In this document: positions 7,680-15,290 of the stretch, in pieces
Numbering within the stretch: the stretch's first letter is position 1
Layout: each line of letters starts with the position of its first letter
NCBI RefSeq assembly: GCF_039641995.1
Contig: NZ_CP087714.1
Span: 1,654,328-1,678,327 of the forward strand
Length of the DNA: 24,000 nt
Direction of reading: 5' to 3'
Origin: Geoglobus acetivorans
GTDB taxonomy: Archaea > Halobacteriota > Archaeoglobi > Archaeoglobales > Archaeoglobaceae
Translations under genes and position numbers: made by a program
Notes under the pieces: generated by a model
Told to the model about the DNA's origin: nothing
Database searches by the model: none
Seen by the model: only the letters and a program-made list of their open reading frames with translations

Positions 7680-8224
7680 GCTGGTGGGACTGGCTGTTCG
7701 GATGGAGGGCGAGAAAGAGGATAGATCCCCCGAAGAAGGAACTGGACAGGAGAGATATAACTGTCTACATCGATCCGGCCGTTGATGAGAGTTTGGTCAG
7801 GTCTGCACTCAAGCTTATACCGGGGTACTGGAAATTCAGCGTGGCGGAGTGGGACGAATCACAGCTCACATCTCTTGGAGGGGAATGGGCAGGCTTCCTG
7901 CTCCCAACTCAGGACAACACGGTGGTAGTTTTCGATGGCAAATCGAGAGGGGTCAGATACGCTGGGGGGACTGTCGGGAAGAGGGTCGGAGTGGCCGTTT
8001 TTGGCCGGGAAAGTGAGCTTATTATTGCGTTGAGGATCTGGCATGAGCTTCTGCACACGGAGAAACTCGATGCTGACGGGATGATGACCAACAGAGGGTT
8101 CCGTGACTGGCTTCCCGGGGAAGTCAGAGCAGCCTTCGAGGAAAAAGCCAGACCCCACGACTGGTTCTGGCAGATCGGGTACTACACATACCTGACCGAA
8201 ACTCTGGTCGGGAGGAGAAGATGA
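7661..8224 (+). CDS. Putative zinc metallopeptidase; candidate lysis or envelope-degrading enzyme
   Basis: HELLHTEKLDAD (HExxH plus downstream Asp); follows two small TM proteins with overlapping ORFs. Confidence 0.6.
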   Translation: MGDDGVSWWDWLFGWRARKRIDPPKKELDRRDITVYIDPAVDESLVRSALKLIPGYWKFSVAEWDESQLTSLGGEWAGFLLPTQDNTVVVFDGKSRGVRYAGGTVGKRVGVAVFGRESELIIALRIWHELLHTEKLDADGMMTNRGFRDWLPGEVRAAFEEKARPHDWFWQIGYYTYLTETLVGRRR

Positions 8225-8589
8225 ACTTCGACAAGATCTTAGAAAAGCACGGAGTGAGTGTAACACTGAGATCAGCAACGAAAACAGTGGTTGATGACGT
8301 CTATGGGGTGGAGAAAACAGCATACACAGACACGACAATCAAAGCAATTTTCTCAATGAAAACTGAAAGAGATGAGCTTAAGGTTCAGGGATACACGGGT
8401 GACGGAAAGACGATATCAGGCACCTCAGAAGTTGATTCTGTCTGCTATGTCTCACCGACATCTCAGGCAAAGCAGTTTGATAAGATTGTTTATGACAACA
8501 CGACTTATGAAGTTGTCAGAGTTGATAAGGCGATTTTCCAGGGGAATGTGATCTATCTGAAACTGTTTCTGAAGAGAATAGAGGAATAG
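8221..8589 (+). CDS. Head-closure / head-tail joining protein
   Basis: 122-aa beta-rich protein located before the gp10-like gene; ATGA overlap with the upstream gene. Confidence 0.6.
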   Translation: MNFDKILEKHGVSVTLRSATKTVVDDVYGVEKTAYTDTTIKAIFSMKTERDELKVQGYTGDGKTISGTSEVDSVCYVSPTSQAKQFDKIVYDNTTYEVVRVDKAIFQGNVIYLKLFLKRIEE

Positions 8590-8591
8590 AA

Positions 8592-8915
8592 ATGAGCATC
8601 AGAATAACAGTCAAGGGATTGAATAAAACAAAGAAAGAGCTTGAGAAGCTCGATCTCTCAGAGATCGATAAGAAATTACACGAAGCAGTTCTCGAACTTG
8701 AGGGTGAGATAAAACAGACTGCTCCTGTGAGAACTGGAAGATACAGAGCTGCATGGGCATCAAGCAGGCTTGGAAAGCTGAAGTACGTGATCAGCAACAA
8801 TGTTGAGTACGCCAAATACTTGATTTATGGCACATCGAGGATGCCCGTGAAGCATGATGTTAGAGGAATAATCGAGAGGTGGAAGGGGCGATTGAAAAGA
8901 AAATTGAAACTTTAA
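8592..8915 (+). CDS. HK97 gp10-like tail completion protein
   Basis: ITVKGLNKTKKELEKL...EGEIKQTAPVRTGRYRAAW...NNVEYAKYLIYGTSRMP is a characteristic gp10-family pattern. Confidence 0.85.
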   Translation: MSIRITVKGLNKTKKELEKLDLSEIDKKLHEAVLELEGEIKQTAPVRTGRYRAAWASSRLGKLKYVISNNVEYAKYLIYGTSRMPVKHDVRGIIERWKGRLKRKLKL

Positions 8916-9024
8916 AGTGTTCAAATTCTCAAAATTTTATACACTAAAGTTAACAGAATTGTTCTCTTTTTTAAAGTCCGATTGTAAGCTCCATTTTGGG
9001 AAAACCGATTGGCAAGGGTGCGAT

Positions 9025-9495
9025 ATGTTCAGGGAGCTTGTCAATGAGATAATCACGCTGTTGAGGAACAACATACCCGATCCGAACACAGCAAGGGCTA
9101 ACGCTGGCAAGAACTGGATCTATCCGGATTTTCCCCATGAGAAGGCAACGATGCCGAGGATCAGCGTTGTTTACATCGGACATTCAGAGCCTGATTTCTA
9201 TGGTGTCAATGGGGGGACGGCCCTGCTCTACCCGCTGAGATACGAGATCTCGGTCTGGGTGAGGAGAGGAGAGACATTCACGGTGGGCAACGAGGAACTT
9301 GGAGGAGGAGCCTTGCTCGATTACCTTGCGGATCAGGTGATCAATGTCATAGAGTCCAATGCGTTCTCAATGACGAATGTCGTCGTTGCAAAGTGCGTTG
9401 GGGGAGGTTCCATAGTAATAGAAGAACAGAACACCGGGATTCTCAGGAAACCGCTGGAATTCACGTTCTATTACTTGAAACAGTCAGGAGTGTGA
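9025..9495 (+). CDS. Tail terminator-like protein
   Basis: The ORF track starts at 8917, but MFRELVNEIITLLRNNI... from ATG 9025 looks like the real N-terminus. Position between gp10-like and tube genes. Confidence 0.65.
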   Translation: MFRELVNEIITLLRNNIPDPNTARANAGKNWIYPDFPHEKATMPRISVVYIGHSEPDFYGVNGGTALLYPLRYEISVWVRRGETFTVGNEELGGGALLDYLADQVINVIESNAFSMTNVVVAKCVGGGSIVIEEQNTGILRKPLEFTFYYLKQSGV

Positions 9496-9499
9496 TGGT

Positions 9500-9670
9500 A
9501 TGAAGGTCAGGCTGAAGAGGGGAGAGAAGCTCCACGTTGGGAGCTTCGTGTTCGAGGCGGGAGAGGTGTATGACGTCGAACCCACGACCGACATCTCCCG
9601 CCTGGTGAAGAGAGGAGTGTTGGAGGTCGTGAAAGATGAGATGAAGAGACAGAAGGAGGTGAGTGAATAA
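9500..9670 (+). CDS. Small 56-aa protein, not in the ORF track
   Basis: MKVRLKRGEKLHVGSFVFEAGEVYDVEPTTDISRLVKRGVLEVVKDEMKRQKEVSE*. TAATG overlap with the tube gene ATG at 9670. Confidence 0.7.
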   Translation: MKVRLKRGEKLHVGSFVFEAGEVYDVEPTTDISRLVKRGVLEVVKDEMKRQKEVSE

Positions 9671-10596
9671 TGCCGATAGGGGCGACAGGCTATCTGCTCT
9701 GGAGAGATGAAAGCACATACGGAACAGATCCAGGAACTGGAAGCAAAACGGCAGATGCAGCAAGCGTGGAGCTGAACTGGAACAGAAACCTTGAGAGAGT
9801 CAAAGCTCTCTGGGGGGTCAGGAACGTTCCCAAGGTTTACAGTCAGGAGAAGCACGTTGAGGGAAGGATCGCACTCAACACAAGCGACTGGAAGATGCTT
9901 AAACATGTTCTCGGCAGTCTGACAGAGAACGTAACTTCAGCAACTCAGGCTCCATACTATCATGATTTTGAGGAAGCTGAGACGCTTCCGAGCTTCACGC
10001 TGGAGAGGCAGTGGGGATCAAACACAGCTTACGTTGCAGTCGGCTGTAAAGTAAACTCAGCGAGAATCAGAGGGGAAGTTGGAAAAGCTGTCGAATTTGA
10101 GCTTGAGATCCTCGGCAAGAGCATGTCGAAGATAACATCAGGACTTGCAATTCCAAGCTATTCTCCAACGCTACCATTCAGAATGACGAACCTCGCAACT
10201 GCAACCTTCGGAGGCTCAGATGTAAGCGGACAGATAAAGAGCTTTGAGATCAACATCAACAACAACCTTGAGCCAGATTATGGCAGTGATGGAACTCCGA
10301 GGGCGATTGACGAGGGACTGAGAGAAGTGACTGGAACCCTGACATTCAAATTCGACTATACAATAGCCGACTACGTGCTGAACGAGTCTGAGGGAGACAT
10401 AGTCATCAAGCTGATCAGGGGAACGAACGACGAGGTTGAGTTCACGATAGAGAATGCGACATTTGAGGCTCTGAATGATGTAACCGAGGCTGAAGCACAG
10501 AAAGAGCTTGAGCTTGCTTTCATGAGTCAGGCCGATCCAACGAACAAGAACTGCATCAAGGTGAGAGTTACATCTGCAAACGCCACGTACTACTGA
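9670..10596 (+). CDS. Major tail (tube) protein
   Basis: 308-aa beta-rich protein (MPIGATGYLLWRDESTYGT... duplicated tube-like halves) upstream of chaperone and tape-measure genes. Confidence 0.75.
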   Translation: MPIGATGYLLWRDESTYGTDPGTGSKTADAASVELNWNRNLERVKALWGVRNVPKVYSQEKHVEGRIALNTSDWKMLKHVLGSLTENVTSATQAPYYHDFEEAETLPSFTLERQWGSNTAYVAVGCKVNSARIRGEVGKAVEFELEILGKSMSKITSGLAIPSYSPTLPFRMTNLATATFGGSDVSGQIKSFEININNNLEPDYGSDGTPRAIDEGLREVTGTLTFKFDYTIADYVLNESEGDIVIKLIRGTNDEVEFTIENATFEALNDVTEAEAQKELELAFMSQADPTNKNCIKVRVTSANATYY

Positions 10597-10605
10597 CAGA
10601 GATAA

Positions 10606-11658
10606 TTAATTTTTAGTGATGGGGTTTATTATTTGGATGAAACGTAATACTTCTTTTTTTCCACCAAGCACCGTTAATACATGCTCTGGTTTTCTATTTC
10701 TTCTCGTATAAGTCTTGATTGACACTTTAAAGCCTAATTTTTCCAGTTGAGCTTTAATAAGTTTTAGCAGCTTTAAGTTAGTATTGTACATTTGAATGTT
10801 AGAATGGGCACGATGCCCTTCAGATTCATAAAAGCCTCGAATGAATTCTTTGCGAAAATCATCGTTTATGAGGTACTCAGTTTCGATTGTCTTTAAGTCT
10901 AAACTCTTATACCACTCGTAAAATTGTTTTGACCGAGCCCTTACATAATAGATCTTCTTCCAATTAGGTTTTTTAGGCTTAATTGTCTTCATATATGGTT
11001 TAAGACCAATTCTTCTCAAATTAACTACAAATTCATCTGCAAATTGTTTATCAATCACTTTTAATTGGATAAACCTATCTCCGTACTTCTTCGTGTGTCC
11101 CACATAACCATCACCGAATATGACTCCTAAAATATATGCTAACTCTTTAGAAGGTTTAAGATTTACATCTGCAACTCCACCAAGCTCACGAAGGGGGATG
11201 TGATATTTTTTAAGGTATTGTCTAATTGTTGTAGCACTACACCTGAATATTTTGGCACAATCTCTAACTGACAACTCTAAGTCCCAGTAGGCAGTAAATA
11301 GCAGATCTTGGGAGATATTAACACTGGCACACTTCTTTGAACAGAATTTTCCTTCTCCCCGCTTAACCCTATATGGAAAAATGTAGAATTCTTTACCACA
11401 TCCTTGGCAGATTCTTTTGATCTTGACACTTGTTTTTCTATCATAGTCCAACCGACACTCGTGTGAACAGAATTTTGCTTTATCTCTCCTGCTTTGCCAG
11501 ACTTCAAACTCTTTACCACAGTTCTGACAGATTTTATTAACTCTCTTACGTCTAAATTCGTAAAAACATCGTTTTGAACAAAATCTTCTCTTCTCAATTT
11601 TAGATGGTGGCACTTGAAACTCCTTCCTACAATTCAAGCATTTGACAGTTACAGGCAT
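10606..11658 (-). CDS. LAGLIDADG-type homing endonuclease-like protein with three N-terminal Zn-finger modules and an HTH
   Basis: LAGLIDADG-like helices LAYILGVIFGDGYV and FIRGFYESEG; CxxC...FCSKRC, CQNCGKEF...FCSHEC, CQGCGKEF...FCSKKC; HTH-like SVRDCAKIFRCSATTIRQYLKKYHI. Confidence 0.85.
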   Translation of the reverse strand: MPVTVKCLNCRKEFQVPPSKIEKRRFCSKRCFYEFRRKRVNKICQNCGKEFEVWQSRRDKAKFCSHECRLDYDRKTSVKIKRICQGCGKEFYIFPYRVKRGEGKFCSKKCASVNISQDLLFTAYWDLELSVRDCAKIFRCSATTIRQYLKKYHIPLRELGGVADVNLKPSKELAYILGVIFGDGYVGHTKKYGDRFIQLKVIDKQFADEFVVNLRRIGLKPYMKTIKPKKPNWKKIYYVRARSKQFYEWYKSLDLKTIETEYLINDDFRKEFIRGFYESEGHRAHSNIQMYNTNLKLLKLIKAQLEKLGFKVSIKTYTRRNRKPEHVLTVLGGKKEVLRFIQIINPITKN

Positions 11659-11673
11659 TCTATCACCAAAAAA

Positions 11674-11934
11674 TCATAAATTGTACTTTCTCTTGAACTT
11701 CTGAGCTCTCAGCGGAGCCATGTGTATCATATCATCCAATCTGCCATAAATGTAGGACTCAACAGACTCAGTGATAACCTCTCCGATAAATCCATCTAAT
11801 TTCTCCTCATCATAGCCTACCCACTTCCCATATTCTCTCAAGAACTCAACAAACCTCTTAGGCAGGGGTATTGACACCCTGACGAACTCCTCCCCCTCAA
11901 TTATCACAGTCTGCTCCTCTTCCATCTCAATCAC
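11674..11934 (-). CDS. 86-aa conserved cassette protein, copy 2
   Basis: 85/86 residues identical to 6547-6807. Confidence 0.8.
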   Translation of the reverse strand: MIEMEEEQTVIIEGEEFVRVSIPLPKRFVEFLREYGKWVGYDEEKLDGFIGEVITESVESYIYGRLDDMIHMAPLRAQKFKRKYNL

Positions 11935-11945
11935 CTCCGAAAATT

Positions 11946-12143
11946 TTAGGAAAAAGCTTCGAGGACAGTCTGCCTTATCACAACCCTCTCCATTCCACCC
12001 TCAAAAACCAGCCAGCCCTTCTTAACCGGGAAGCTCTTAGAGAAGTCCACTTTATGCAGTTCTCCACCACACAGCGGGCACAGACCATTGCTCCCAGAAC
12101 CTTCATACCCACATCGGACACATTTCACGGGCATTTTTAACAC
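11946..12143 (-). CDS. Zinc-ribbon protein, cassette copy 2
   Basis: CVRCGYEG...CPLCG, followed by FSKSFPVKKGWLVFEGGMERVVIRQTVLEAFS identical to copy 1. Confidence 0.8.
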   Translation of the reverse strand: MLKMPVKCVRCGYEGSGSNGLCPLCGGELHKVDFSKSFPVKKGWLVFEGGMERVVIRQTVLEAFS

Positions 12144-12150
12144 CTCTTAG

Positions 12151-12215
12151 TTAGATTTTAGCTATAATATATTTAGAACATAAACTATTTAAACTTTTCG
12201 CTATAATATAGCTAT
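12151..12215. promoter_or_regulatory. Divergent promoter/operator, copy 2
   Basis: GCTATAATATA at 12161-12171 and 12200-12210 (39-bp period), same placement as the GCTACATTGTA repeats of copy 1. Confidence 0.6.
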
Positions 12216-12362
12216 ATGGCAGATCCGATTGAGGTAAAAGTTAAGGGATATGAAGTAATCGAGAAGGTCGTAAAACGGAGTGGGGATTCAGGTAGAGTCT
12301 ATGTTCCAAAGTCTTGGGTTGGGAAGAAAGTTAAGATAATACTATTAGAGCCAAATGAGTAA
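12216..12362 (+). CDS. 48-aa DUF2080-like / AbrB-fold protein, copy 2, not in the ORF track
   Basis: MADPIEVKVKGYEVIEKVVKRSGDSGRVYVPKSWVGKKVKIILLEPNE*. Confidence 0.8.
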   Translation: MADPIEVKVKGYEVIEKVVKRSGDSGRVYVPKSWVGKKVKIILLEPNE

Positions 12363-12415
12363 GGTAAATCATCTGAAGTTTTTGATTTTTAAAGTCTATT
12401 TGAAATCAAGCAGAT

Positions 12416-12751
12416 ATGGTTGAGGAACTGAGCTTTGAGGATCTTAAGGGGCAACCTAAAGAGTTCATCATAAGGGGTAAACGAGTGAGAATTCCACCGT
12501 TAGAGGTTAGAGATTTCAATCTGTTTCTACGAATGTCCGAACAAGACCCGAACAAGGTTGCGGAAGTAATGAAAGAGATTTTCCTCAAAACAATGCAGAA
12601 GATCTATCCCGATAAGAGCAGAGAGGAAATTTTGAGCCTGCCAGCCAGTATCTTGCTTGAATTCATGGTTTACATTCTAAAAGCGAACGGCTTGGAGGTT
12701 GATGAAGAGGTTTTTCAGAAAGTTTTACAGAGCTTACAGAGCGAGACCTAG
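12416..12751 (+). CDS. Tail assembly chaperone (gpG-like)
   Basis: 111-aa helical protein starting MVEELSFEDLKGQPKEFIIRGKRVRIPPLEVRDFNLFLRM, upstream of the tape measure; TTTTTAAAGTC motif 22 nt before the ATG. Confidence 0.7.
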   Translation: MVEELSFEDLKGQPKEFIIRGKRVRIPPLEVRDFNLFLRMSEQDPNKVAEVMKEIFLKTMQKIYPDKSREEILSLPASILLEFMVYILKANGLEVDEEVFQKVLQSLQSET

Positions 12752-12786
12752 TGAAACTTATAGTAGTCTGCTTATCAGAGCTCAAA

Positions 12787-12930
12787 ATGGATCTTGAAAC
12801 AGTACTTTCAATGAAGATCCCACAGTTCTTGACATTGATGGCAGCATATAGTGAGGTACAAGAAGATATACAGAGAGAAGTTGAAAAAGAACGGAGGAAG
12901 AGAGAGTTCTTTAGCAGGATGGGGGTATAA
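12787..12930 (+). CDS. gpT-like second tail chaperone ORF, 47 aa, not in the ORF track
   Basis: MDLETVLSMKIPQFLTLMAAYSEVQEDIQREVEKERRKREFFSRMGV*. Stop overlaps the tape-measure ATG (TAATG). Its frame is open back to 12706, overlapping the gpG-like ORF in the -1 frame. Confidence 0.55.
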   Translation: MDLETVLSMKIPQFLTLMAAYSEVQEDIQREVEKERRKREFFSRMGV

Positions 12931-15290
12931 TGGAGAAAATTGAGATTGTTATCCAAGCAATAGACAAAGCAACCAAACCGCTTAAAGAAATTCAAAACCG
13001 AATTGGTAGTTTAGGTCAAACTATTGGCTCAGCAGGTGCGGCATTTACAAGGGCAGGCATGATGATGTCTGCTGCGGTGCTCCCAATAGTTGGAGCATTC
13101 GGTTTGGCTATTAGAACAGGAGTTGAGTTTGAGCAACAAATGAAAAATGTCCAATCTGTTGCTCAAGCATCTCAAGAAGATTTCATCAAACTTTCAGAAT
13201 TTGCACGAAAAATGGGAGAACAAACAATTTTCTCGGCTTCGGAAGCAGCCCAAGCAATGTATTACCTTGCTTCAGCAGGTTATGATGCTTCCAGAATTAT
13301 GGAAAGCTTGGAAGGTATACTAGATCTTGCAGCAGCAACTCAAACAGATCTGGCTTTCGCAACTGAAACAGTTCTTTCAGTCTTAAATTCATTTGGCATG
13401 GAAGCTAAAGAAGCAACAAAAATCTCTGACAAGTTTGCTGCAACGATTTCAGGATCACAAGCAACCATGGAAAAATTGGCATATTCGATGAGATATGTTG
13501 CTCCTCTTTTTAAGAGCTTAGGATATACTATAGATGAATTACTCGTAGCTCTTGGAGGACTTTATAATGCAGGTTATAGAGGAGAGCAAGCTGGAACAAT
13601 CTTGAGAGGCGCTTTATCGAGGCTTATTGACCCTACTAAAGAAGTTTTAGAGACAATCAGTAGGTTGGGTTTGGAGATATATGAGCTTACTCCAGCAGCA
13701 TTGGAAATAAAAAGACAGTTCGACAAACAGAGTGAAGCTCTGAGAGAGCTTAGAGAAGAATATGAAAAGACAATAAACGCAATGTCTGAGATGAACGATG
13801 AAATGAGCAAACTTGCCGACAAGGAAGCAAGACTGAGACTTGAGATAAAGAAAATAAGATATAAAGCAGCCAAAGAGGGAAGAGAATTAACAGAAGATGA
13901 GAAAAAGCAGATTAAAGAGCTTGAACTTGCAATAGATGAGTTAAGCATCAGGCAAGATGAGTTGAGACTAAAATATAAAGAACTATCAAGAACTAAAGAG
14001 GAACAGATTGCCCAGATTAAATCTTTAGAATCTGCAGTCGAAGCTCTTGCTGAGAAATTTGCGAAGAGCCCTAAGAAACTCAAGCAATTCAAAATATTGA
14101 TGGAAGAATTCAGGAAAACATCAATGACAGCAGCAGATGCTGTAAAGATCTTTGGACAAGAAGCAGGACCAGGAATGATGGCTTTGATTAGCCAATATGG
14201 GACTGAGGCTCTTGATATGCTTGAAGAGAAAATCAAGAATGCAAGTGGTGCTGCTAAAGAAATGGCTGAAATTCAGCTAAAATCAACAGCTGGAGCTTTG
14301 AAGGAGCTAAAATCAAAAATAGAAGACATTCAAATTACAATTTTTGAAGAACTCAAAGACGAGATAGATGCACTCATCAATACGATTAAAGAAAATATGC
14401 CTGCTATTAAAGAATTTACTAAAGAATTTACAGAAAATATGGTGCCTGCTGCAAAAACATTCGGAGAAATACTCTTAGATTTAATGAAAACGTTCAACAA
14501 GTTACCGGCTCCAGTAAAAGAGTCAGTAGCTAGGTTTTCTGCTTTAGCTGTCGTTTTCATGGCTGTTGGCGGACCGATGTTGATGGTTTTAGGAGGAGCT
14601 ATGCAAGTAGTAGGAGCTATGATCTCAATTGGCTCAGCAATAAGTGGCTTGATTGGTGGGGGTGGAATACTAGCCACTCTTGTTGCTTTATTAGGGCCAG
14701 TGGGAGTTGCATTACTAGCTCTTGCGGCTGCAGCAGCTGTACTCTATGCTGCTTGGGTAAATAATTGGTTTGGAATCAGAGACAAGACTAAAGAACTGGT
14801 AGAAAAACTCTCTAAATCCATATCCGGCTTCTGGAAGTGGTTTGTGAATGCATGGAGTGGAGGATGGAAACGGATTAAAGAGGGCAGCATCAACACCTTA
14901 GCAACTCTTGGCAAAATATTCGGTAATGCACTAAGTTTGATCTATAATAATATCGTGGCAAAGTTTGTTGAAGGCTTCATCAATGCGATTAATACTGTTA
15001 TTGGTAGTGTTAACAAGTTTATAGCTTTTATGAGTACTGTCCCTTATATTGGCGAAAAACTCAAGGACGTATCAATCCCAACCCTTAAGATCCCAAACAT
15101 CAGGATAGACCTCGGACCGGCGATAGAGGCAAGGATTCTCGGACTCAAGGGGACCGAGATAAACAACAGCGTTACAGTGAATGTGAACGTTCAGACGGAT
15201 GCAGATCCGGATGTTATTGCTGATAGAGTCGGCAGAGTTGTTCTGAGAAAACTTGCAGATGCATACACTGTCAGGAGGGGGATGATTTGA
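12930..15290 (+). CDS. Tail tape measure protein (TP901-like core)
   Basis: 786 aa; GVEFEQQMKNVQSVAQASQEDFIKLSEFARKMGEQTIFSASEAAQAMYYLASAGYDASRI is typical of TP901-core tape measures; coiled coil and hydrophobic segments. Confidence 0.95.
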   Translation: MEKIEIVIQAIDKATKPLKEIQNRIGSLGQTIGSAGAAFTRAGMMMSAAVLPIVGAFGLAIRTGVEFEQQMKNVQSVAQASQEDFIKLSEFARKMGEQTIFSASEAAQAMYYLASAGYDASRIMESLEGILDLAAATQTDLAFATETVLSVLNSFGMEAKEATKISDKFAATISGSQATMEKLAYSMRYVAPLFKSLGYTIDELLVALGGLYNAGYRGEQAGTILRGALSRLIDPTKEVLETISRLGLEIYELTPAALEIKRQFDKQSEALRELREEYEKTINAMSEMNDEMSKLADKEARLRLEIKKIRYKAAKEGRELTEDEKKQIKELELAIDELSIRQDELRLKYKELSRTKEEQIAQIKSLESAVEALAEKFAKSPKKLKQFKILMEEFRKTSMTAADAVKIFGQEAGPGMMALISQYGTEALDMLEEKIKNASGAAKEMAEIQLKSTAGALKELKSKIEDIQITIFEELKDEIDALINTIKENMPAIKEFTKEFTENMVPAAKTFGEILLDLMKTFNKLPAPVKESVARFSALAVVFMAVGGPMLMVLGGAMQVVGAMISIGSAISGLIGGGGILATLVALLGPVGVALLALAAAAAVLYAAWVNNWFGIRDKTKELVEKLSKSISGFWKWFVNAWSGGWKRIKEGSINTLATLGKIFGNALSLIYNNIVAKFVEGFINAINTVIGSVNKFIAFMSTVPYIGEKLKDVSIPTLKIPNIRIDLGPAIEARILGLKGTEINNSVTVNVNVQTDADPDVIADRVGRVVLRKLADAYTVRRGMI

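Larger units (their letters stand above)
11664..12396. repeat. Duplicated regulatory cassette, copy 2
   Basis: See copy 1. Constant offset of 5127 nt over the conserved core. Confidence 0.9.

Noticed and set aside
11277-11597. 106-aa plus-strand ORF inside the LAGLIDADG gene
   Set aside because: Antisense to a well-supported nuclease gene; no domain signal.
13574-14236. 220-aa minus-strand ORF in the tape measure
   Set aside because: Ser/Leu/Ile-rich antisense of a helical coiled coil; no recognisable domain.
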